In this document: piece by piece, positions 57,970 to 64,000 of the stretch
Position numbering within the stretch: position 1 is the stretch's first letter
Layout of the letters: the number at the start of each line of letters is the position of its first letter
Assembly (NCBI GenBank): GCA_024654525.1
Contig: JANLHI010000032.1
Span: forward strand, 172 to 64,171
Origin: Patescibacteria group bacterium
GTDB taxonomy: Bacteria > Patescibacteriota > Minisyncoccia > UBA6257 > 2-01-FULL-56-20
Reading direction: 5' to 3'
DNA: 64,000 nt
Made by a program: the position numbers and the translations under genes
The notes under the pieces: model-generated
Told to the model about the DNA's origin: nothing
Seen by the model: only the letters and a program-made list of their open reading frames with translations
The model's database searches: none

Positions 57970-58100
57970 GAGTAGCGAGGTGATCTCGACCTTTTTTCCT
58001 ATGTCTTCAATTTGTTATATACATCTAAAAAATGTTGTCAACTGTGAGAGAAGAGTTTCTGTGGATAGAAGTGGATTTGAAAACTGAGCAAAGGAATGAT

Positions 58101-58589
58101 TTATCTTTGAATATTTTTCTCAAAACTCTTTGAGAAATGCGCTGCAATCGCAATCGAGAGTGCATCCGTGGCATCATCAATTATTGAGAGTGAAGGGCAG
58201 TGTAGTATCAGACGAACCATTTTAGCCATTGATGTTTTATCTGCGAGGCCGTACCCCGTAAGATGAGACTTCACTTCGTTGGGACTGAACTCGGCAAGAA
58301 GAATTTTGTGTTCCGCGGCGGCGAGAAGCACAATCCCTCGTGCCTGAGCGACTGCGATTCCCGTAGTTTTATTTTTTGAGAAAAATATTTTTTCAACGGC
58401 TATGCCGTCGGGATGTGTAGTGGCGATGATGGTATCGAGAGAAATTTTTAAGTCGTGGAGTGCAAGATGAGGCTCGTGATGAGATACGGAGAGGAGTCCT
58501 GCATCAATATATTGGCAATCGTCACGCATAGTGCGTATGAGTCCATATCCCATACGATGCGTGCCGGGATCAATTCCTAAAATAATCAT
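58101..58589 (-). CDS. ruvC: Holliday junction resolvase RuvC
   Basis: MIILGIDPG, AVEKIFF, VAQARG, P.EVK, DDATDAL. Confidence 0.96.
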   Translation of the reverse strand: MIILGIDPGTHRMGYGLIRTMRDDCQYIDAGLLSVSHHEPHLALHDLKISLDTIIATTHPDGIAVEKIFFSKNKTTGIAVAQARGIVLLAAAEHKILLAEFSPNEVKSHLTGYGLADKTSMAKMVRLILHCPSLSIIDDATDALSIAIAAHFSKSFEKNIQR

Positions 58590-58631
58590 AATGTGTAATT
58601 TATACCCGACAACAACAACAGGTGTCACCTA

Positions 58632-59177
58632 TTATGTGTCGGTGGGTGAATGAGCGTTTGTAAATATTTCTTGTACATCAGGGTGATCTTCAAGCGAGGC
58701 GATAAGAGAGGAGAGTTGGGATGCATTTTCCTGTGAAAGTGAAATCGGAAACTTTGCAGAATGGATTCCCGGAGTTATTTCTTTGAATGCCCACTGAACA
58801 CTTCCCGGTTCTGCCCATTTACCTTCGTGTTTGACGAGTGTGCTTTTTACTTCCGAAACCGTCCTATTTCTATTATCACTCATTGCTATTATAAGAAGTG
58901 CTGTTCCGCCAGGACCATATGCTTCAAACATCAATTCTTCTACGGATTCTCCTGCGTCGCGAGCGCGCGTAATGGCGCGTTCAATGTGTGCGCTAGGGAC
59001 GTTTTGGGCACGCGCTTTCTCGATAGCGGTGCGGAGTCGTGGATTGAAATCCGGACTTTGCTCGTGGCGCGCGGCGACTGTTATTGCGGTAAGTAACTTT
59101 GAGAATATTGCGCCACGCTTTTTATCCGTCACTTCTTTTTTATGTTTAATTCCTGCCCAATGGGAGTGTCCTGCCAT
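58632..59177 (-). CDS. yebC: YebC/PmpR family protein (short form)
   Basis: MAGHSHWAGIKHKK, NPRLR, EAYGPGG, DNRNRT. Confidence 0.95.
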   Translation of the reverse strand: MAGHSHWAGIKHKKEVTDKKRGAIFSKLLTAITVAARHEQSPDFNPRLRTAIEKARAQNVPSAHIERAITRARDAGESVEELMFEAYGPGGTALLIIAMSDNRNRTVSEVKSTLVKHEGKWAEPGSVQWAFKEITPGIHSAKFPISLSQENASQLSSLIASLEDHPDVQEIFTNAHSPTDT

Positions 59178-59295
59178 AACGACAGCATATAACTCTCTGT
59201 TTCCAATTTCCAATCCTTAAGATAATCCCGGAAGGATAACCAAATCATTTCTCTTCGCTTGAAGCATTGTGCCGTGGAGGTGTAGAATGCAATGA

Positions 59296-60972
59296 GTGAA
59301 TCATACTCAATCCATACCCCTTAAAGAAGAGCTGGATAAACTTCGCCGAGAAGGAGAAGAGCGTGCTGCTCAGCGTCGTGCTACCGAGCTTGGTCTTTCT
59401 TATGTGGATATCAGAAAAATCCCCACGTCATTCGAGGCGGTAACCGTAATTCCCGAAGATCAGGCACGAGGAGCGGAAGCGGTAGGATTGGAATCCAACG
59501 AGAAGGCATTGGTAATTGCGGTGGTTACGACGGAAAATAAAACAACTAAAGCGCTTCTTGAGGAGTTGAAAGTTCATTATTCTCCTCTTAAAGTAGTTAT
59601 TGCATCTCGTTCGGGGATTTCTCAGGTGTGGCATCTTTATTCTTTTGCGGTAAAAGAAGCAAAGGGGATTACGGGGCAAGTTGAATTTGAAGAGAAGCTT
59701 GGAAAGCTTATAAAAGAGCTTTCGAATTTTAAAACGGCACAAAAAACGTTTTCTTCTCTCGACTTTTCCAAAACATCGACAACAGAATTACTCGAGATGC
59801 TACTCGCGAGTGCACTTGCGAACAATGCATCGGATGTGCATTGCGAAGCCGAGGAAAAAGACGCCAAGTTTCGTCTTCGTATTGATGGACGATTGCATGA
59901 TGTTGCTTTGAGCATTCCGGTGAAAAACTATGTGAGTTTTCTTACTCGCATCAAACTTCTTTCCGGTCTCAAGCTGAATGTACGCAGTGAGGCGCAAGAT
60001 GGACGTTTCACCATTAAAGCTCCAGGAGGAAGTGATATAGAAATTCGGGTTTCTATTGTTCCGTCTGAATTTGGCGAAGCGATAGTGATGCGTCTTTTAG
60101 ATCCGAAAGTGACGCGTGTACAATTTTCCGAATTAGGATTAAGAGACGACGATCTTTTAATTGTGGATGCCGACCTTAAAAAACCGAATGGACTGATACT
60201 TAATACGGGTCCGACTGGTTCAGGGAAAACAACGACGTTGTATACTTTTTTGCGCAAGTTGAATGATCCGGAGGTAAAGATCATTACCGTTGAAGATCCA
60301 ATCGAGTATCGTGTTGAAGGAATTGAGCAAACACAAATAGACCCGGGAGCGGGGTATACCTTTGCAAGTGGGCTTCGTGCGATTGTGCGACAGGACCCCG
60401 ATGCGATTCTCGTGGGAGAAATTCGTGACGGAGAAACTGCGGATATCGCGCTTCAAGCGGCGCTTACGGGACACTTAGTGCTTTCTACATTACATACTAA
60501 CGATGCGGTTGGTGCGGTGCCACGGTTGGTTAATTTAGGGGTAAAACCGGGAACAATCAGTGCTGCATTATCACTGGTAATTGCACAAAGGCTTGTAAGA
60601 AAGCTTTGTGAGAAATGCAAAAAAGAAATTCCTCTTAACGAGGAATATAATGTGCGTATCAATGTTTTTTTGAAAAATCTTCCGGAGCGAGTGAAGAAGG
60701 ATAGTTATAGTCATCCGGTATTATATGAATCCGTGGGTTGTGATGCGTGTAACCACTTCGGCTATAAAGGAAGAATTGGCATCTTTGAATTTTTTCACGG
60801 AGGACAGAGTCTTGAAGAAGTAATACTTGAGGAAATTTCCGAAAATACGCTTGGACAACTTGCGGTGAAACAGGGTATGGTAACAATGCAACAAGACGGT
60901 ATTCTTAAATCACTACAGGGAATCACCAGTTTACAGGAGATTGAAGATGTTACTGGTCCTTTGAAGTGGTAA
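59296..60972 (+). CDS. pilB: Type IV pilus assembly ATPase, PilB/GspE family
   Basis: ASDVH, QDGR, TGPTGSGKTTTLY, EDPIEY, RQDPD, GEIRD, TGHLVLSTLHTND, CxxC zinc motifs. Confidence 0.93.
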   Translation: MNHTQSIPLKEELDKLRREGEERAAQRRATELGLSYVDIRKIPTSFEAVTVIPEDQARGAEAVGLESNEKALVIAVVTTENKTTKALLEELKVHYSPLKVVIASRSGISQVWHLYSFAVKEAKGITGQVEFEEKLGKLIKELSNFKTAQKTFSSLDFSKTSTTELLEMLLASALANNASDVHCEAEEKDAKFRLRIDGRLHDVALSIPVKNYVSFLTRIKLLSGLKLNVRSEAQDGRFTIKAPGGSDIEIRVSIVPSEFGEAIVMRLLDPKVTRVQFSELGLRDDDLLIVDADLKKPNGLILNTGPTGSGKTTTLYTFLRKLNDPEVKIITVEDPIEYRVEGIEQTQIDPGAGYTFASGLRAIVRQDPDAILVGEIRDGETADIALQAALTGHLVLSTLHTNDAVGAVPRLVNLGVKPGTISAALSLVIAQRLVRKLCEKCKKEIPLNEEYNVRINVFLKNLPERVKKDSYSHPVLYESVGCDACNHFGYKGRIGIFEFFHGGQSLEEVILEEISENTLGQLAVKQGMVTMQQDGILKSLQGITSLQEIEDVTGPLKW

Positions 60973-60973
60973 C

Positions 60974-61132
60974 CACCTTACATCTGAGGGCGTCCCTGAC
61001 GGGGTGTCGGGGGAGATTGGTTCTCTTTTCAGTGTGTGAAAAGAAGATAGAATTATTCCGAGGATGGGCCTCGCCGGAGCCAAGCCGTCCTAAAAAGGTT
61101 TAGGAACGATTCCTGCCCTCAGATGTAAAGTG
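60974..61132. ncRNA. Putative structured non-coding RNA (multi-stem, 6S-like size)
   Basis: Perfect 14-bp closing stem 60978-60991/61115-61128 enclosing four hairpins and an inner helix. Confidence 0.6.
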
Positions 61133-61161
61133 ATTATATACTCACACCAGTATAGGGGGAG

Positions 61162-61190
61162 ATGATAGCATAAAGACATTTTTTTGTCAA
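61162..61190 (-). promoter_or_regulatory. Sigma70-type promoter pointing into the structured element
   Basis: TTGACA-N17-TATCAT with an extended -10 TGn. Confidence 0.6.
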
Positions 61191-61246
61191 TCCCCCGAAG
61201 AAAACGTGTAATGTGTCCAATTTTAACCTCGATACAATCAATTTTT

Positions 61247-62236
61247 ATGAAGCCGAATAAAGAAGAGGATATAAGCGTGGATCAAGCGCTTCGTCCCGGA
61301 ACATGGGATGCGTATGTGGGGCAGGAAAAGGTTCGACGTAACCTTCATATTATTATCGAGGCGGCAAAAAAAAGAGGAGAAGCCGCAGATCACCTTCTTT
61401 TTACCGGACCTGCGGGATTAGGAAAGACAACCCTTGCGTATCTTGTCGCGAAAGAACTTGATGCACCGCTTAAGGTGACTTCGGGGCCAGCCATAGAGAA
61501 GATGGGGGATCTCGCGGCGGTTCTTACAAATCTTGAACCGCGCGGAGTGCTTTTCATAGACGAAGCACATCGGATTAATCGAATGATAGAAGAGGTGCTG
61601 TATCCGGCGATGGAATCTCGCAAGCTTCATGTGATGGTGGGAAAGGGGCCAAGCGCACGGACGCTTATGCTTGACCTTTCTCCCTTCACACTTATTGCGG
61701 CAACCACACGTGAGAATCTTCTTTCTCAACCTCTTCGATCCCGTTTCGGTGCGACGTTCCGTCTCGGATATTATGGGGGAGACGATATTACAAAAATAAT
61801 TTCACGATCTGCGGGAATTTTAGGAGCCCCTATCGATGAACGTGCGGTTACGTTTCTTGCGAAGGCTTCACGCGGGACTCCGCGTGTGGCAAATCGGCTT
61901 TTAAGAAGGGCAAGGGATTATGCGGAAGTGCATGGAAAAAAAATTATCGATGAAGAAGTGGGGGAAAAAACATTATCGCTTCTCGAGATCGACGAATTAG
62001 GACTTGAGCCTCAAGACAGAAAACTTCTCGAGATTATTATTAAAAAATTCAGTGGAGGTCCCGTAGGAATTGGAACGCTTGCCGCGGCGCTTAGTGAGGA
62101 TCGCGGTGTTATCGAAGATATTTATGAACCTTATCTTATGACGCTTGGGTTTTTGCAACGATCGGCTGCGGGGCGTATTGCTCTTCCTCCGGCATATGAG
62201 CATTTAGGCATTACTCCTCGAGGAGACCTTTTGTAA
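61247..62236 (+). CDS. ruvB: Holliday junction branch migration ATPase RuvB
   Basis: LRP...YVGQ, GPAGLGKTTLA, FIDEAHR, EEVLYPAME, SRGTPRVANRLL. Confidence 0.98.
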   Translation: MKPNKEEDISVDQALRPGTWDAYVGQEKVRRNLHIIIEAAKKRGEAADHLLFTGPAGLGKTTLAYLVAKELDAPLKVTSGPAIEKMGDLAAVLTNLEPRGVLFIDEAHRINRMIEEVLYPAMESRKLHVMVGKGPSARTLMLDLSPFTLIAATTRENLLSQPLRSRFGATFRLGYYGGDDITKIISRSAGILGAPIDERAVTFLAKASRGTPRVANRLLRRARDYAEVHGKKIIDEEVGEKTLSLLEIDELGLEPQDRKLLEIIIKKFSGGPVGIGTLAAALSEDRGVIEDIYEPYLMTLGFLQRSAAGRIALPPAYEHLGITPRGDLL

Positions 62237-62248
62237 TTTTATTCGCGC

Positions 62249-62716
62249 ATGAAAAGTTTTTCTTCGAAAGATACGGAGAAGTGCGGGTTTGAGGTGGCAA
62301 CACGTCTCGTGAAAAAAAAGAGACGTACGCGGGCGATCGTGGTGACGTTGCGGGGGCAACTTGGTACGGGAAAAACTACGTTTGTACGCGGGATGTTTCG
62401 GGCATTGAATGTTCGGAGGCGCGTCACAAGTCCCACATTTGTGCTTATGAAAAGATACCCCGCTCCTTTCGGGGTCAAAGGTGACGGAAATAATATTTGT
62501 GAGTTGTATCACCTCGATCTTTATCGCGTGCGTGGAAGTAGTATGGTAAAAGAGCTAAAACTTAAAGAAATATTACGTAATCCACAAAATCTTATTTGTA
62601 TAGAGTGGGCGGAGCACGGAGGGAGGTCTATTTTGAAAAATGTGGTGTGTGTGACGTTTGCGCATGGAGTATGCGAGAATGAAAGAATAATCACCGTGAG
62701 TTATGGCAAAAATTGA
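62249..62716 (+). CDS. tsaE: tRNA t6A biosynthesis ATPase TsaE
   Basis: GQLGTGKTTF, VTSPTFVL, YHLDLYR, IEWAE. Confidence 0.95.
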   Translation: MKSFSSKDTEKCGFEVATRLVKKKRRTRAIVVTLRGQLGTGKTTFVRGMFRALNVRRRVTSPTFVLMKRYPAPFGVKGDGNNICELYHLDLYRVRGSSMVKELKLKEILRNPQNLICIEWAEHGGRSILKNVVCVTFAHGVCENERIITVSYGKN

Positions 62717-64000
62717 AGATATCCACACTATTTTTCTTTTCGACGCAAATTCGCTTATTCATCGGGCGTTTCATGCGTTGCCTCCGCTTACCGCTCCCGA
62801 TGGCAGACCGGTACAGGCCGTCTATGGTGTTGCAAGTATTCTTTTAAAGCTTTGGAAGGAAGGACGTCCCCAATATGCCGCGGCGCTATTCGATAGACCT
62901 GAGCCGACATTTCGAAAAGAGAGATATGATGCATATAAAGCACAACGTGCAAAAGCTCCAGATGAATTGGTGTCTCAGATAATCGAGACGCACCGGCTTT
63001 TTGAAATGCTTGGTATCCCTGTTTTTGAACTTCCCGGTTGGGAGGCGGATGATTTAATTGCGACACTTGCGCGGACGCTCACGAAGAAAAATAAGAATGT
63101 GCGTGTAATTATTTTTACCGGAGATCTCGACACGTTACAGCTTGTTGAGGATGGGCGTATTGCGGTGAGAGCGTTGAAGACAGGGGTAAGCGAAACGATG
63201 TTATATGATGAAGCGGCGGTGAAAGCGCGTTATGGTCTTTCGCCCAAACAACTTCCCGATTATAAGGCGTTTGTGGGAGATCCATCTGACAATATAAAAG
63301 GTGTTCCTGGTATAGGGCCGAAGACTGCATCGAGTTTAGTGCTTCAGTTTGGGTCGCTTGAAAAAATATACGATGCCGCGGAAAAAGACGAGAAACTTGG
63401 AAAAAAGCTTTTGCCGTTTCGTGTCGATGCAGATCTTGCTAAAGAGTTGGTAGTGTTGCACGACAATGCGCCACTTGGAGATATTCCTCTCGATACACTT
63501 AAAGCGCGGGAAGATTTTGAAGGAGCAAGAAATTATTTTGAAAATTTGGGGTTTCGAGCGTTGTTGAAGCGGATGAATGGAGGTGTTTTATCTCGCAGTG
63601 AGGTGATATCTTCAGAGACTTCTTTATCGCACCGCACGGTAGTGAATTTTCCCGAATATTGTGTGCTTAAGGATACTCTTCCTGTCGAAATATTGGAATC
63701 CAAAAAAGTCAAAATCGGATTCAATCTGAAACAAAAACTTAAAAATCTTTGGGAGAGCGGGAAAGATTGCAGCCCTCCTTATTTCGATTGTGGCGTGGCG
63801 GCATGGCTTCTTGATCCCGATGCGAAAACATACGATCAGAATACGGTTATCCATCGGGCGTTTAAAACAACATGGAATGAAAATGAAGAAGAATATAGAA
63901 AAATATTCGAGAGAGAATATCGCATGCTTTTCGAATATGGACTTCTTGATATATTTGAAACTATAGAGATGCCTCTTCTTCGGGTATTGGGGGAGATGGA
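62703..64000 (+). CDS. polA: DNA polymerase I, N-terminal part (runs off the window)
   Basis: MAKIED...FDANSLIHRAFHALPPL, EADDLIATL, TGDLD, GDPSDNIKGVPGIGPKTA. Confidence 0.93.
   Translation, partial: MAKIEDIHTIFLFDANSLIHRAFHALPPLTAPDGRPVQAVYGVASILLKLWKEGRPQYAAALFDRPEPTFRKERYDAYKAQRAKAPDELVSQIIETHRLFEMLGIPVFELPGWEADDLIATLARTLTKKNKNVRVIIFTGDLDTLQLVEDGRIAVRALKTGVSETMLYDEAAVKARYGLSPKQLPDYKAFVGDPSDNIKGVPGIGPKTASSLVLQFGSLEKIYDAAEKDEKLGKKLLPFRVDADLAKELVVLHDNAPLGDIPLDTLKAREDFEGARNYFENLGFRALLKRMNGGVLSRSEVISSETSLSHRTVVNFPEYCVLKDTLPVEILESKKVKIGFNLKQKLKNLWESGKDCSPPYFDCGVAAWLLDPDAKTYDQNTVIHRAFKTTWNENEEEYRKIFEREYRMLFEYGLLDIFETIEMPLLRVLGEM

Noticed and set aside
60974-61132. tmRNA, RNase P RNA or SRP RNA identity for the structured element
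   Set aside because: It lacks tRNA-like ends, the GAGGAAAGUCC RNase P motif and a recognisable SRP domain IV loop.
58101-62236. Missing ruvA as a biological signal
   Set aside because: It may simply lie outside the window, so absence cannot be judged here.

Overview
Origin-proximal 64 kb of a small-genome bacterium. Gene content and style point to Patescibacteria/CPR, probably Parcubacteria-like; this is inference, not a database result. The genetic code is standard, with TGA used as a stop. The window holds the replication origin (jag-yidC-rnpA-rpmH <- -> dnaA-oriC-dnaN), where the + strand changes by eye from C-rich to G-rich. Housekeeping genes include gyrA, rpsA, glyA, folD, dcd, dut, ftsH, tyrS, clpP, hppA, nusA, uvrD/pcrA, rsmA, PBP1A, ruvC, yebC, ruvB, tsaE and polA (partial). 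There are seven tRNAs, one of them a rare tRNA-Ile(UAU), plus a small accessory patch after tRNA-Arg, a Zwf-Gnd fusion, competence-type genes (comM, yraN, pilB) and a chromosomal PrgI/VirB4/VirB6/pilin T4SS-like cluster. The strongest unexplained signals are: (1) a symmetric ~470-bp array of the 16-bp palindrome TGTTTGTCGACAAACA, a non-canonical parS-like cluster about 24 kb from oriC; (2) a ~160-nt multi-stem structured element between pilB and ruvB with a near-consensus promoter pointing into it; (3) a GIY-YIG gene that appears inserted into the 5' end of tRNA-Val with a target duplication; (4) tRNAs abutting or overlapping start and stop codons, together with many leaderless-type promoters. 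All calls come from reading the sequence and motifs; no searches were run.
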